Assembly: GCA_963850305.1 (NCBI GenBank)
Contig: CAWKKR010000011.1
Location: forward strand, 96,001 to 160,000
Length of the DNA stretch: 64,000 bases
Reading direction: 5' to 3'
Origin: an uncultured delta proteobacterium
GTDB taxonomy: Bacteria > Myxococcota_A > Polyangia > Polyangiales > Polyangiaceae
A model generated the notes under the pieces. That model had not been told where the DNA came from, did not search any database, and was given only the letters and a program-made list of their open reading frames with translations. Of this stretch, positions 1-11,647 are shown piece by piece. Position 1 is the first letter of the stretch. Every line of letters begins with the position of its first letter. Made by a program: the position numbers and the translations under genes.

Positions 1-1044
1 ACAATCGTGGTTTTTCCGACGCCGGGGCCGCCCGTCACCACGACGACCTTGTCCTTTGCCGCAGCCTCCACGGCGCGCCTCTGTTCGGGCGCGAGCTCGA
101 CGGACACGGCCTTTTCGAACGCGCGGAGCGAAGCCTCGAGTCCGAAGAGCGGGCGCGCGGGGGACGAGAGCAACTGGCGCAACTCGTCCGCGACGGTCAC
201 CTCGGCCGCGTGCAAGCGCGCCGGATACACGAGCTCGCCCTCGACGACGACACGTCCGGCGGCCCAGAGAGCATCGATGGCGGCCTCGACGTGCGCACCC
301 TCGATTCTGTAGCATCGCCGCGGCTCTTTCGACGAGCGCGACGCACGGCGCGGCGAGGTGACCCCGTTCCGTGGCTTCGTCGAGAACGTGCAGCGTCCCG
401 GCCTGCGCCCGCTCCGGATGGTCTCCCGCGATCCCGAGCGACCGGGCGATGCGGTCCGCGGTCTTGAACCCGACGCCGCGCACGTCGAGCGCGAGACGGT
501 AAGGGTGCAGTTCTACGATCTGCGCAGCGCGGTCACCGTACCGGTCGTGAATGCGTGCGGCGAGCGACGGCGAAGCGCCATGCGTCTGAAGGACCAGCAT
601 GACGTTGGAGATGGCGTGCTGCGACACCCAGCGCTTGCGGATCTCGTCCGCCCGCTTCGCGCCGAGACCCGGCACGCCGGCAAGCTTGGCCGGCGACTCG
701 TCGAGCACCTTGAGAGTCTCGAGCCCGAACGTCTCGACGATGCGTTTGGCGAAGCCTGGGCCGATGCCGGGAATCGCACCCGACCCAAGATAGCGCTCGA
801 GGCCCACGAGCGTGTCCGGCGCGACCGGCACCAATGTCTCGACGCGGAACTGCTCGCCGTGGCGCGGATCGTTCACGAAGTCCCCGGTGAGGCGAACGTG
901 TGTTCCCGGACCGACCGCAGGGTATTTACCGACCGCGACGATGGAACCGCGACCTTTCACGGATCCGACGCGGATCACGCGAAAGCCGGTTTCTTCGCTC
1001 TCGTAGGTGACGCGCTCGACGTCGCCCGTCACGGTCGTGGCCAC
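1..1044 (-). CDS. recD2: ATP-dependent RecD-like DNA helicase (RecD2), partial (runs off window start), apparent +1 frameshift near 306
   Basis: Manual minus-strand translation. From GTG at 1044 it reads VATTVTGDVERVTYESEETGFRVIR (RecD2-type N-terminus) and later HPERAQAGTLHVLDEATERGH. After removing one base near 306 it continues GAHVEAAIDAL and reaches Walker A VVVTGGPGVGKTT at about 50-5. Absent from the ORF track, presumably because no stop lies in the window. Confidence 0.85.
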   Translation of the reverse strand, partial: MATTVTGDVERVTYESEETGFRVIRVGSVKGRGSIVAVGKYPAVGPGTHVRLTGDFVNDPRHGEQFRVETLVPVAPDTLVGLERYLGSGAIPGIGPGFAKRIVETFGLETLKVLDESPAKLAGVPGLGAKRADEIRKRWVSQHAISNVMLVLQTHGASPSLAARIHDRYGDRAAQIVELHPYRLALDVRGVGFKTADRIARSLGIAGDHPERAQAGTLHVLDEATERGHLAAPCVALVERAAAMLQNRGCARRGRHRCSLGRRTCRRRGRARVSGALARGRGDRRGRVAPVALVPRAPALRTRGFAPRVRKGRVRRARARTEARRGGCGKGQGRRGDGRPRRRKNHDC

Positions 1045-1131
1045 GCGGGGATTCTACCCGGAATGTCGAGCGCGCTTCTCGATAACCTGCGCTTGCCGAT
1101 CGCGAGCGGAAGGGCTACCCGTGGACCTCGC

Positions 1132-3701
1132 ATGCCGGCTTCTCACCGCCTTCACCAGCGCTGCGCGGGCGCGTCGGGCCCCTTCGTACTCGCGGGCACG
1201 ACCAGGAAATACGAGCGTTCCAGGCCTTTTTCGGTGAAGCACCTCGACCTCGACGTCGCGGTCGATCCAAAAGAAAAGACGATCTCCGCACGGGCGAAGG
1301 TCGAGTTCGTGCGGCGCGCGCCGGCCGCGAAGGAACTCGAGCTCGACGCGGTGGGCTTCGAGCTGTCGCGCGTGCGGCTCGACGTGGGAAAAGGGTTTCA
1401 GCCCGTCGAATACACCTACGACGGTGACACGCTCACGACGCCGGTCCCGAAGAGCGCGAAAGGCGGGCGCCTCGAGATCGTCTATCGCGCAAAACCCAAG
1501 CGCGGACTCTATTTCTCGCGCCGGACAGCGCCGTGAAGGATCGGCCGGTCCAGGTCTGGAGTCAGTGCCAGGACGAAGACGCGCGTCACTGGTTCCCGTG
1601 CCACGACAAGCCGCACGTGAAGATGACGACCAAGATCACCGTGCGCACGCCGCCTGGCTTCACGGCGATCTCGAACGGCGATCTCATTTCGAAGGAGACC
1701 CCGCGTGGCAAGAAGCCGTGGGTGCACTCGTTCGAGATGAAAGATCCTCTCCCGAGCTACCTGGTGACGCTGGTCGTCGGACACTTCGACGTCGTGGAAG
1801 ACCGCGCCGCCGTTCGGACGGGTCGCCCGAGCGTGCCCGTCAGCTATTACGTGCCCAAGGGACGGGCCGCGGACGCGAAGCGGTCGTTCGGTGAAACACC
1901 GCGCATGATCGAGCTCTTCGGACGGCTCACCGGGACGCCGTTTCCGTGGAGCCGCTACTCGCAGATCGTCGTGAGCGACTTCATCTTCGGCGGCATGGAG
2001 AACACGACGGCGACGACGATGTACGAGCACGTCCTCCTGGACGAGCGCGCCGCTCTCGACGTCACGAGCAACGATCTCGTGGCGCACGAGCTGGCGCACC
2101 ACTGGTTCGGGGATTTCGTCACGTGCCGGGACTGGTCGCACGCCTGGCTGAACGAGGGCTTCGCGACGTACTTCGAGCACCTGGAACGAGAAGACCGTCT
2201 CGGTCTGGACGAGTACGAGCACGGCGTCGCCGGAGACGTGAACGCGTATCTCGGCGAGGCCGGTGGTCGCTATCAGCGCGCGATCGTCTGCCGCGACTAC
2301 GAGGAGCCCATCGATCTCTTCGATCGCCACCTCTACGAGAAGGGCGCGCTCGTCCTCCATTTGCTACGCCGCGAGCTCGGGGACGACTTGTTCTGGAAGG
2401 GCATCGCCCTTTATCTCGGTCGCCACGGAGGCGGCATCGTCGAGACCAGCGACCTGACGCGCGCCTTCGAAGAAGTGAGCGGGCGCTCGCTGGAGCAATT
2501 CTTCGACAGCTGGGTGTATCGCCCCGGACACCCCATCTTGAAGGTGCAGGTGAGCTGGGAGCATGGGCACGTGAACGTCCGGGTTCGGCAATCGCAAAAG
2601 AGCGGCGACGTGCCCCTCTTCGCGTTCCCAATGGAAGTGGAAGTGGGGACGAAGTCCGGCAAGGTACACCGCCACCAGAAGTCGATGGATGCCGAGAGCG
2701 ACGCGCTCGTCGTGTCGTCGCCGGAGCGGCCGCTCTGGGTCGCGTTCGATCCCGCATTCCGCGTGGTCGGCGCGATCACGGTCGAGGCACCGGCCGATAT
2801 GCTTCGGCATCAACTCGCTCGCGCGTCCACCGCACGCCTCAGAGCCGCCGCTGCCACCGCGCTAGACAAGCGCACGGATCCGGAGACCGTCACCGCGCTC
2901 GGCATTGCGCTCGCGAAGAAGTCCGAGGCATGGATGGTCCGCGCCGAGGCTGCGCGCGTCCTCGGCAAGATCCGCGGACCCGACGCCTTCGCGAGCCTCG
3001 CCGCGGAAGTCGAGACACCACATCCGAAAGTTCGCCGCGCGGTCGCCTCGGCGCTGGGCGAGTTCCGCACGGACGAAGCCGCAGCGCTCCTGTCGCGCGT
3101 CGCGACGCAGGACGACAGCTATCTCGTCGGCGCCGAAGCGGCGCGTTCCCTCGGTGAAACACGGAGACCACACGCGCTCGACGCCCTCGTCACGGTTCTG
3201 GGGTCGGGCTCCTGGTCCGACGTGAAGCGCGCCGCTGCGCTCGATGGCCTCGCTGCACTCCGCGTCGACGAAGCCGTCCCTCACGTGCTCGAGCGCACGA
3301 AGTACGGCCACTCGAGCCAGACGCGCCGCGCGGCAGTCGTCGCCCTGGCCCGCCTCTCGGACGAGCGCAAGGTGCGCGAGCATCTGGAGTCCTTGCTCGA
3401 GGACGACGATCCTCACTTCCGCATCTCGGTCGTTCGCGCGCTCGAGACCATCGGCGATCCTCGGACCCGCAGCGCGTTCCGGAAAGCCCTCGACCGGGAA
3501 CCCGACGGTCGCGTGGCGCGGCGGATCCGCGAGGCGCTGCGTGCCTTCGGCCAGAGTCCGACCGCGGAACAGAAGAAGACGACGGATGAGCTCGAACAGC
3601 TCCGGCGGGATCTCTCCGACATGAAGACGCGACTCTCGAAGCTCGAGAGCAACCGGAAGCCACGGAAGAAGCGTTCCACCTCGCGAAGTAAGCCCTCATG
3701 A
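1132..3701 (+). CDS. M1 family zinc aminopeptidase with C-terminal HEAT repeats; apparent -1 frameshift near 1514
   Basis: GGMEN exopeptidase motif and HELAH...NEGFATY zinc motif in ORF 1533-3701. The N-terminal part (MPASHRLH...HLDLDVAVD...RGLYF) is in the frame of ORF 358-1536 from ATG 1132. Adding one base gives YFLAPDSAVKDRPVQVW. HEAT-like VRAEAARVLG/VRRAVASALG repeats follow. Confidence 0.88.
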
Positions 3702-4486
3702 GCGACGACGCGCCCGTTCGACTCGATCGCCGCGACAGCGTGGCGATTCTAGTCCTGGACCGCCCGGACCGGATGAACGCGATCAGTCGCAAGATGGTGA
3801 CCGAGCTCGGCCGCCTCGGTCGCGAGCTCGCCTCGGACTCGAGCGTGCGCGCCCTGATCCTGACCGGCGCCGGCAATCAGGCGTTCTGTGCTGGTGCGGA
3901 TTTGAAAGAGCGCGCCCGCATGTCGGACGACGACGTGCGCGACCAGCTCCGTCTCTACCGCTCCGAGTTCGCGTGGCTCGAACCCTTTCCGGCGCCCGTC
4001 ATCGCCTCGATCAACGGCGTGGCGCTCGGCGGAGGTCTCGAGCTATCGATGCTCTGCGATCTTCGCGTGGCCGCCGAGCACGCGATCCTGGGCCTGCCGG
4101 AGACGTCCCTGGGCATCATTCCGGGCGCGGGCGGCACCCAGCGGCTCCCGCGACTCGTCGGTGAAGCGCGCGCGAAGGAACTGATCCTGCTCGGACGTCG
4201 CATCAGCGCCGCCCACGCCCTCGCGATCGGTCTGGTGAACCGCGTGTGTCGACCGGGCGCCAACGTCCTGGACGACACGCTCGAATGGATCCGGCCCATC
4301 GTGGACGGCGCGCCCATCGCCCAGCGCGCCGCGCTCGACGCCATCGACGAGGCAGGCCGGCTCTCGCTCCCGGAAGGGCTGACGCGCGAGGCCGAGCTCT
4401 ACGAACACTGTCTCGCGAGCGAAGATCGCCGCGAGGCCCTCGTGGCGTTCGCGGAGAAGCGCAAGCCGGCGTTCAAGGGTCGCTGA
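3698..4486 (+). CDS. Enoyl-CoA hydratase/isomerase (crotonase) family protein
   Basis: AFCAGADLKE, NGVALGGGLE and LPETSLGIIPGAGGTQRLPRL motifs; ATGA overlap with the upstream gene. Confidence 0.92.
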   Translation: MSDDAPVRLDRRDSVAILVLDRPDRMNAISRKMVTELGRLGRELASDSSVRALILTGAGNQAFCAGADLKERARMSDDDVRDQLRLYRSEFAWLEPFPAPVIASINGVALGGGLELSMLCDLRVAAEHAILGLPETSLGIIPGAGGTQRLPRLVGEARAKELILLGRRISAAHALAIGLVNRVCRPGANVLDDTLEWIRPIVDGAPIAQRAALDAIDEAGRLSLPEGLTREAELYEHCLASEDRREALVAFAEKRKPAFKGR

Positions 4487-4619
4487 CGATGTTCGGGGGG
4501 ACGTCGCTCGTTCGGCGGGTTCGACGACGAACCCCCGAAAGGGTAGATTCAGCGTCGATGCACGCCTCGACAGCCCGCGTGAAGATCGGTCCAGCCGCGC
4601 GCAGCTTGTTCCTGGACGA

Positions 4620-5777
4620 GTGATGGCTCCGGATCGTAAAGACGCGCGACCGGGAACGATCCGTCGCGGACGAGTCCTGTCCCGCGTCGCGTTCGTGGCC
4701 GCGCTCGCGATGTCGAACGCCTGCCGCCGCGACACGGCGCACGCCGCCCCGCCCGCCGCGTTGCCGAAGACGGTGGCCACTCCCACAAAAGCCGCCGCGC
4801 CTTTCGCGACGGAAAAGGTCGATTTCACGGCGCCGGCGATGGGCACCGAGGTCCATTTCGTCGCATTCACGACGCCGAAGCTCGACGCGCCGTCGATCCG
4901 CGCCGCGATGGAGCGCGCCCACGCGGAGATCAAGCGCATCGAAGGCATCATGACGTCGTGGCGCGACGACAGCGAGGTCGGCCAGATCAACTTGCACGCG
5001 GGCCAGCCGGTCAAGGTCAGCGACGAGACGATCGACGTCATCGAGAAGAGCAAATGGTCCGGCGACATCTCGTCCGGCGTGTTCGACATCACGTTCCACG
5101 CGCTCGGCGATCTCTGGAAGTTCGGCGATGCGGCCGAGGCAAATCCGAAATTGCCGGACCCGGCCGTCGTCGCCCGGCAGCGAAAATACGTCGACTACCG
5201 CAAGGTTGTCGTCGACCGCGCCGCGCACACGGTGAAAATCGAAAAGGGGATGAGTATCGATCTCGGTGGCATCGCCAAGGGCTACTCGGTCGATCGGGCG
5301 GCGGCCGTGCTGAAGGCGGCGGGGCTCACGAGCTTCCTCGCACAGGCCGGCGGGGATCTGTTCGGCGCGGGCCGAAAGCCGGATGGCGCACCGTGGGTGA
5401 GCGGCATTCAAGATCCGCGGCAGCCCCCCGGCGCTTTCTTCGCGACCATCGAGCTCACCGATCATGCGTTCTCGACGGCAGGCGACTACGCGCGCTCGTT
5501 CATCCTCGGCGGCCGGCGCTACCACCACATCATCGATCCGCGCACCGGCTATCCGGCAACCGCGAGCCGCAGCGTGACGATCTGGGCGCCCGACGCCTTC
5601 ACCGCCGACGCGATCGACGACGCCGTGTTCATTCTCGGGCCCAAGCGCGGCCTCGCGCTCATCGAATCTCTGCCGGGCACGGGCGCGGTCATCGTCGACG
5701 CACACAACAAGGTATGGGTGAGCCAACGCCTGGTCGGCAAAGTGCATGTCCTGCATCCGCCCACCGACGGGATCTGA
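4620..5777 (+). CDS. apbE: FAD:protein FMN transferase (ApbE family), probable lipoprotein
   Basis: AMGT, FDIT, IDLGGIAKGY, STAGDY, YHHIIDPRTGYP and AD motifs; hydrophobic N-terminus ending in SNAC. Confidence 0.9.
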   Translation: MMAPDRKDARPGTIRRGRVLSRVAFVAALAMSNACRRDTAHAAPPAALPKTVATPTKAAAPFATEKVDFTAPAMGTEVHFVAFTTPKLDAPSIRAAMERAHAEIKRIEGIMTSWRDDSEVGQINLHAGQPVKVSDETIDVIEKSKWSGDISSGVFDITFHALGDLWKFGDAAEANPKLPDPAVVARQRKYVDYRKVVVDRAAHTVKIEKGMSIDLGGIAKGYSVDRAAAVLKAAGLTSFLAQAGGDLFGAGRKPDGAPWVSGIQDPRQPPGAFFATIELTDHAFSTAGDYARSFILGGRRYHHIIDPRTGYPATASRSVTIWAPDAFTADAIDDAVFILGPKRGLALIESLPGTGAVIVDAHNKVWVSQRLVGKVHVLHPPTDGI

Positions 5778-5792
5778 CTCGCCAGCAGGCCG

Positions 5793-5860
5793 CGGAACGC
5801 GAGGTCACCTCATCGATTCCGTCCGCGGCGGACGACCGGAACGAGGTCACCTGTTCGATT
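5793..5860. repeat. Two short imperfect palindromic direct repeats between convergent genes
   Basis: cggaacgcgaggtcacctcatcgatt (5793-5818) and cggaacgaggtcacctgttcgatt (5837-5860), both centred on AGGT-C-ACCT. Confidence 0.5.
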
Positions 5861-5870
5861 TCGCGCCGTC

Positions 5871-6401
5871 TCACTCTTCGTCGACGCCCTCGTCCTCGGC
5901 GCTATCGAAGAGCGTCCCACCCCTTACCGGAATCGCGCGCGCGGCCGCGACGTATTCGAGCGCCATGGCGAGCGCGTCGCGGTCCTCCACTTCCGGCAAG
6001 TACGCACGGCTGCCGTCCCAGAGGTCGAACGCGATGATCGACGACGGGTCGAACACGATCTGTTCGATCTGCGGCCACCTGTAGCGCCGCGCCTTGGGCA
6101 CGATGAGATTCACGACATCCCGCGCCTCGACCCCGTCCGGACGGATGCGCACCCCGCGCATTCCCGCGCGAACCACCGACGCGAGCGAGCTGATGACGAG
6201 AATGACGGCGAAGGTCTGGATGCTCATGACCCGCGCCCGATCTTCCTCGACCACGTAGTGGAATAGCCAGGTTCCAGTGGCGCTTTGCTCACCGAGGACC
6301 ACGAGTGCGCCCGTGGCGAGCGCCGCCAGGAGATACAAGATGGACGGAACGCGCGCCAGGAAAGGCGGCCCGAAGACCGTCTCCCGGGGCCGGTAACTCA
6401 T
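5871..6401 (-). CDS. Hypothetical membrane protein (two TM segments plus a small, possibly bacterial PH-like domain)
   Basis: ORF 5871-6434 with likely ATG at 6401; two hydrophobic stretches followed by GVRIRPDGVE...RRYRWPQIEQI. Confidence 0.6.
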   Translation of the reverse strand: MSYRPRETVFGPPFLARVPSILYLLAALATGALVVLGEQSATGTWLFHYVVEEDRARVMSIQTFAVILVISSLASVVRAGMRGVRIRPDGVEARDVVNLIVPKARRYRWPQIEQIVFDPSSIIAFDLWDGSRAYLPEVEDRDALAMALEYVAAARAIPVRGGTLFDSAEDEGVDEE

Positions 6402-6565
6402 GTCGAAGCCGGGCGGCCGCGACCGTCGCGCCATTCCCCGGAACGTACAGCGAAACCGCGCGGAGCGCCTTTCGGAACGCCGCCACCCTTGCGCCGGACT
6501 AGCCGTGGGGTTACCGAAAACGTGAAGGTTACAAGAATTCCAAACGATCGAGCGGAGGCGAAACC

Positions 6566-7213
6566 ATGAAATTCTTCATCGACAGCGGAGACATTGGAGA
6601 GATCAAAGAGGCCGCGGCGATGGGCGCGATCGACGGCGTGACGACGAACCCGTCGCTCCTCGCGAAAGCCGGCGTGCCGACCAAGAAAGCCATCGTCCAG
6701 ATCTGTGAGGTGGTCGACGGCCCCGTGTCGGCGGAAGTCATCGCGACGGACACGGCGGGTATTCTCGCGGAAGGTCGCGTCCTCGCGAAGCTGCACCCCA
6801 ACGTCGTCGTGAAGGTGCCGCTCATCCCGGATGGCCTCAAGGCGGTGCAGGTGTTTTCGAAGGAGGGCACTCGCACGAACGTGACGCTGTGTTTCTCGCC
6901 GACGCAGGCGATCTTTGCCGCGAAGGCGGGCGCGACGTTCGTCTCGCCGTTCATCGGTCGCCTCGACGACATCGCCGACGAAGGGATGGATCTCATCGAG
7001 AAGATCGTCACCATCTTCGGCAATTACGACTACGACACGGAAGTGCTCGTCGCGAGCGTTCGGCACCCGGTGCACGTCGTTCAGGCCGCGCTCATTGGAG
7101 CTGACGTATGCACGATCCCCTTCAAGGTGATCACCCAGCTCGTCAAACATCCGCTCACCGACGCCGGGCTCGCCAAGTTCCTCGAAGACGCGAAGAAGAT
7201 CCCGAAGGACTGA
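6566..7213 (+). CDS. fsa: Transaldolase / fructose-6-phosphate aldolase (small type)
   Basis: [20 protein letters not shown] (Schiff-base Lys), [22 protein letters not shown] and HPLTDAGL motifs; GGAGG RBS. Confidence 0.93.
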   Translation: MKFFIDSGDIGEIKEAAAMGAIDGVTTNPSLLAKAGVPTKKAIVQICEVVDGPVSAEVIATDTAGILAEGRVLAKLHPNVVVKVPLIPDGLKAVQVFSKEGTRTNVTLCFSPTQAIFAAKAGATFVSPFIGRLDDIADEGMDLIEKIVTIFGNYDYDTEVLVASVRHPVHVVQAALIGADVCTIPFKVITQLVKHPLTDAGLAKFLEDAKKIPKD

Positions 7214-7221
7214 GCGGCCGC

Positions 7222-7875
7222 GTGCCGGTCGTCGTTTTCCGGAATGCGCCACGGTCGCCGTCGCTCGACGCGCGCGCCGTGAAGCGTCGCGCGGAGTCGA
7301 TGCTCGCGTCGATCGGTGAGTCGCGCGCGGAGCTGTCCGTGATGTTGACGGACGACGCGAGCATTCACGAGCTGAACCGCAAACATCGGCGCAAATCCAG
7401 GCCCACGGACGTGCTCGCGTTCCCGATGGACGAGAACGGCGAAGGGCCGAGTCGCGCCGTGCGATTGCTTGGCGACGTCGTGATCTCGCTCGACACCGCC
7501 GCCCGCCAGGCGCGCGAACGGCGAAGGGCCCTCATGGATGAAGTCGTGCATCTCCTCGCGCACGGCCTCCTGCACCTGGTCGGCTACGACCACCATACGG
7601 ACGCGGATGAACGCCGCATGAACGCCGCGGCCGAGAAGCTCATCGCCGCTGCAGACCGTCGCGACGCCGGCAAAACCCGACTTACCGCGACGCTTGCGGA
7701 AATCGACCCTAAGGCCGCGCTCTCGTTGAACAAGTTTACCCTCGGATCAGGCTATTTTCAGCCGATTTCGCTCGCTCGACATGAACCCGGACGGCGACCC
7801 CGTGTGTGTCCATTCGGTACATCCGCGGGGAGTCCTCGCCGCGACCGATCGAGGATCCCGCCTAATTTCCCTTGA
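7222..7875 (+). CDS. ybeY: rRNA maturation endoribonuclease YbeY (C-terminus longer than usual)
   Basis: LNRKHR..PTDVLAFP, LGDVVIS and HGLLHLVGYDH zinc motif; GTG start at 7222 inferred. Confidence 0.88.
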   Translation: MPVVVFRNAPRSPSLDARAVKRRAESMLASIGESRAELSVMLTDDASIHELNRKHRRKSRPTDVLAFPMDENGEGPSRAVRLLGDVVISLDTAARQARERRRALMDEVVHLLAHGLLHLVGYDHHTDADERRMNAAAEKLIAAADRRDAGKTRLTATLAEIDPKAALSLNKFTLGSGYFQPISLARHEPGRRPRVCPFGTSAGSPRRDRSRIPPNFP

Positions 7876-8003
7876 AAGGCAAAAGGGGGCCTGTTATCGG
7901 TCAACGCGCCTTTGGTGATTACGAGCGTGCGGAACCGAGTCCGGCGCGTGACACTTGAGGGCGGGAAACGCCGTTCGAAGGACTTTTTCAGGAGGAAGTG
8001 GCT

Positions 8004-8315
8004 ATGGCTGGCAAGAGACTGACCAAGGCTCAGGTCATCGCAGAAGTTTCGGGTACGACAGAGCTCGACAAGAAGAGCGTCGCGCGAGTGTTCGATGCGC
8101 TGCAGGATCTCATCCGCAAGCAACTCACGGGTCGTGGTCCGGGCGAGTTCGTCGTTCCGGGTCTCGTGAAGCTCCGCGTGGTGAAGAAGCCTGCAACGAA
8201 GGAACGCCCGGGCATCAACCCCTTCACGAAGGAACCGATCACGATTGCGGCGAAGCCGCCGAGCAAGAAGGTTCGCGCGACGGCGCTCAAGAACCTGAAG
8301 GACCTCGTCCAGTAA
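8004..8315 (+). CDS. HU/IHF family DNA-binding protein
   Basis: LTKAQVIAEV...PGLVKL...RPGINPFTKEPITIAAKP; AGGAGG RBS at 7990-7995. Confidence 0.9.
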   Translation: MAGKRLTKAQVIAEVSGTTELDKKSVARVFDALQDLIRKQLTGRGPGEFVVPGLVKLRVVKKPATKERPGINPFTKEPITIAAKPPSKKVRATALKNLKDLVQ

Positions 8316-8395
8316 GGGCCGCCGCGACAACGCGGTGATTCTGCCCTCGGGAGATCCCCGGCGTTCCGAGAGGACGTCGGGGATTTTCAATTTCG

Positions 8396-9181
8396 ATGCA
8401 GCCCATCGGTACGATTTCCGGCGAAGAGGCACGCGGCCTTCGTGCGTTCCTGTTCGACCTGGACGACACCCTCCTGGACCACGGTCGCCTCACCGAGCGA
8501 GCGTACGCTGCGCTGTTCCGCCTGAAAGAGAGCGGGCTCGTGCTCGTCGCCGTCACGGGGCGGCCTTCGGGGTGGGGCGAAGTCCTCGCGCGCCAGTGGC
8601 CGGTCGACGGAGTCGTCGCGGAGAACGGCGCGATCACGTGCGCGCGTAACGACGGCCACGTCGACGTGATCGACTTCGCCGGAACCGAGCGAGCCTCGCG
8701 CGCCCGGCACCTCGGCGCCATCGTCGGGGAACTGCGCGACCGCTTTCCGACATTACGCCCGACGGACGACATGGCCGCCCGGCGTGCCGACTTCACGTTC
8801 GACATCGGTGAACGCGAGCGCGTGACGGACGACGTCATCGCCGCGGCGTGTTCCTTCGCGTCGGCACGCGGCGCGCGCACGTCCACATCGAGCGTGCACC
8901 TGCACGTCACCCTCGACGGCCTCGACAAGGCCTCCGGCGTGGCGCGCTTTCTCAGCGAGCGCTTCGGTTTCGACGAGACGGCGCTCTTGCACCATGCCGC
9001 CTTCATCGGCGACAGCGAGAACGACGAAGCTTGCTTCTCCGCGTTCCACACGACGATCGCCGTCGCGAACCTCCGAGGCCGTCCGACGGTCGCGCCGCGG
9101 TACGTGACGAAGGGCGAGCGCGGAACGGGGTTCGCGGAAGCGGCGGGGACCGTCGTCGCGCGGCGGGGACGCACCGTTTGA
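8396..9181 (+). CDS. HAD-superfamily hydrolase, subfamily IIB
   Basis: DLDDTL motif I, VTGR, AENGA, DKASG and IGDSEND motifs. Confidence 0.88.
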   Translation: MQPIGTISGEEARGLRAFLFDLDDTLLDHGRLTERAYAALFRLKESGLVLVAVTGRPSGWGEVLARQWPVDGVVAENGAITCARNDGHVDVIDFAGTERASRARHLGAIVGELRDRFPTLRPTDDMAARRADFTFDIGERERVTDDVIAAACSFASARGARTSTSSVHLHVTLDGLDKASGVARFLSERFGFDETALLHHAAFIGDSENDEACFSAFHTTIAVANLRGRPTVAPRYVTKGERGTGFAEAAGTVVARRGRTV

Positions 9182-9216
9182 TCGCCCGCGTCCAACCAGT
9201 GTAGATCCAGAACCAG

Positions 9217-11647
9217 GTGCGCATCAGGGTAAGGCAGTGGGCCCGCGTAGCCCGGCGAGTAGGGCTCCCGCTCTCGCTCTTCGCCGCGATCGCCGTCTTC
9301 GGGTTTGTCGTCAACGGCCACTATCCTGCGTCGCGCTGGCTCTTCTGGCGGTACGGTGAGTACTGGGCAGCCGCTACGTTCTGGGGCGCTGCGTGCGTCG
9401 TGGGTGGTGACGCGCTCGCTCGACGACTGATGCCCGACCTCCCCGCCTCGGAACGTCTCGTCGGCGCGCTGAGCGCCGGGCTGCTCGTTTTCTTCCTGGG
9501 CATGTTCTTCGGCGGGCTGCTGCACCTCTACGGGCACGCGTTCTTCTTCGCCTGGCCGCTCGTGATGATTGCGGCCGGGGGGCGCAATTTCGCTTCCTTC
9601 ACGCGACGGCTGGGACGTCACGTCCTCGCGAGACGTCGTCGCTCACCTCCATCGCTCGTCGAAATCGGGATCGTGCTGTTCGGCCTCGCAGGGGTCGGCA
9701 TGATTCTATTTCAACATCCTCACGCCGGGGAACATCGCCGCGGATGCTTACTGGTACCACCTGGCCATCGCGGAGCATTACGTCGCGGCGGGCGGAGTCG
9801 AACGGTTTCGAGAGGGTTGGTATCAGGGCACGCTCCCTCACCTGGCGAGCTTCATTTACACGTGGGCTTACCTGTTGCCGGCGAGCACCGCGTTCGACCG
9901 CGTCGAACTTTCTGCGCACCTCGAATTCGTCGTCTTCCTCTGGACGCTCTTTTCCATTCCGGTGCTCGTTCGTCGGGCGACCTCGGCGGCGCTCCGAAAG
10001 ATCGCTCGACGCACGAGCGCACCACGAGGGAAGGCTCGCTCATCGCTGCTCTCGGCCTGGGCAGCATTGTTTCTTTTTCCCGGCATCTTTCTCTACGACT
10101 CGTCTCTGAGCGCTGCTGCAGACCACGTCGCCGCCTTTTGGGCCGTGCCCATCATGCTCGCGCTACTGCGTGCGCTTCGCGCTCCGACCCCCAGAAACTC
10201 ATTCCTGCTCGCCGTTCCGATGGCTGGGGCCCTGCTCACCAAGTACCAGGCGGTGGCGCTGGTTGCGTTCCCCGCCGCCGCCTTTCTCGCGCGGGCTACG
10301 TGGCTGGTCTTCCGTGGTGATCCAACACGACGTCACCTGAAGCCTCTGCTCGGTCTCGTGACGATGGCCGTCGCGGGAGCCGTGCTCACCGCGCCTCACT
10401 GGCTCAAGAATCTCATCTGGTACGGGGACCCGGTCTACCCGTTTCTCCACCGCTACCTGCACGAGCGACCGTGGACGGCGGACTCCGCGAACCTGTTCGA
10501 AGAGGTCTTCAAACACCAACTCTGGCGTCCGACCGGCACCACGGCCGCGCAACTCGAGGAGACGTTGAAGGCCCTCGCGACCTTCTCGTTCGTGCCGCAC
10601 GATTGGCCTCGATTTCATGGAGCAGTGCCAGTTTTTGGTTCGCTCTTCACGCTGTCGGTCGTCCCCCTTCTCTTTCTGCGAAGAACGGCGCGCCTGTGGC
10701 TGATAGTTGCAGCAGCCCACGTTGGAGTGTTCATCTGGTATTGGACGTCGCACCAAGATCGCTACTTGCAGGCGCTGCTGCCGTGGATGGCCGTCGTCGT
10801 GGCGGGAACGATTCGCCTCGCCTGGGAACAGGGTCTCGCCAGTCGAGCGGGCCTGGGTCTGCTCGGTGGGCTTCAGATCATCTGGGGAGGCGACGTATAT
10901 TTCCTGCCCACTCATGCCGTCCTCGGCACGGCTCCCGCCAAGGTGGTGATCGATCTTCTTTCGACGGGGTACCGGAAGGACTTCGCGGCCAGAGAGAACG
11001 TCTATAGCGCCTTCACCGAGATCGCGACCGCCCTGCCGGCGCATTCGAAGGTGCTGGTCCACGACAGGCACGATCACCTCGGCATCCAGGCAATGTCCGT
11101 TGCGGACGAGGGACCGTGGCAGGGTGGCATCAGCTACGGACGCATGACGTCCCCGCGCGCATTTTACGACGAAATGCGCGAGCTCGGTGTGACGCATTTC
11201 GTCTGGCGTGCGCAGGCAAGCACGGGCACGGACAGCCTCGCGGGCGATCTGGTGTTCTTCGCATTCATGACGCGTTACGCGGGGGCCGCTCGGTCGTTCT
11301 CGGGAACGATGCTCGCCAGCATGCCCTCGGAGCCGCCGCCCACGGTCCGGTGGCTCGACTCTCGCGTCGCGGTCTTCATGTGCTCGGAAGGGTACGCTCC
11401 CGGACTCTATCGGCTCGGGGACCTCACGGTGCCGACGGTCGGTCCGCGGCATTACCCACGCCCGCGTGAGCGGCTCAAGCGCCACGTCAGCGCAATGAGC
11501 CTGGTCGACGAAAGCCAGTTCATCGCCTGGGACCGGAAATGTCGACCGCGCGTTTCGCTCGCGCCTGGCTCGGCATTTCAGAAAGTCGCCGTGCGGAACG
11601 GGACCGAGCTGTGGGTCCGCGTCCGCCACGAGGGAGCGCCTGAATGA
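9217..11647 (+). CDS. Multi-TM membrane protein, putative GT-C fold glycosyltransferase (paralog 1); apparent +1 frameshift near 9705
   Basis: ORF 9217-10320 (N-terminal part) plus the frame of ORF 9875-11647 align co-linearly with the intact neighbour 11644-14058. Removing one T from atgattctat restores MIYFNILTPGNIAADAYWYHLAIAEHY. DxxxYH, TKY and RY motifs are typical of GT-C-like proteins. Confidence 0.7.

Noticed and set aside
358..1131. N-terminal two-thirds of ORF 358-1536 as a protein
   Set aside because: It is the antisense of recD2; only the part from ATG 1132 belongs to the aminopeptidase.
4620..5777. ApbE as part of a local flavinylation-based electron transfer cluster
   Set aside because: No convincing extracytoplasmic DxxSGAT-type target motif was found in neighbouring proteins.
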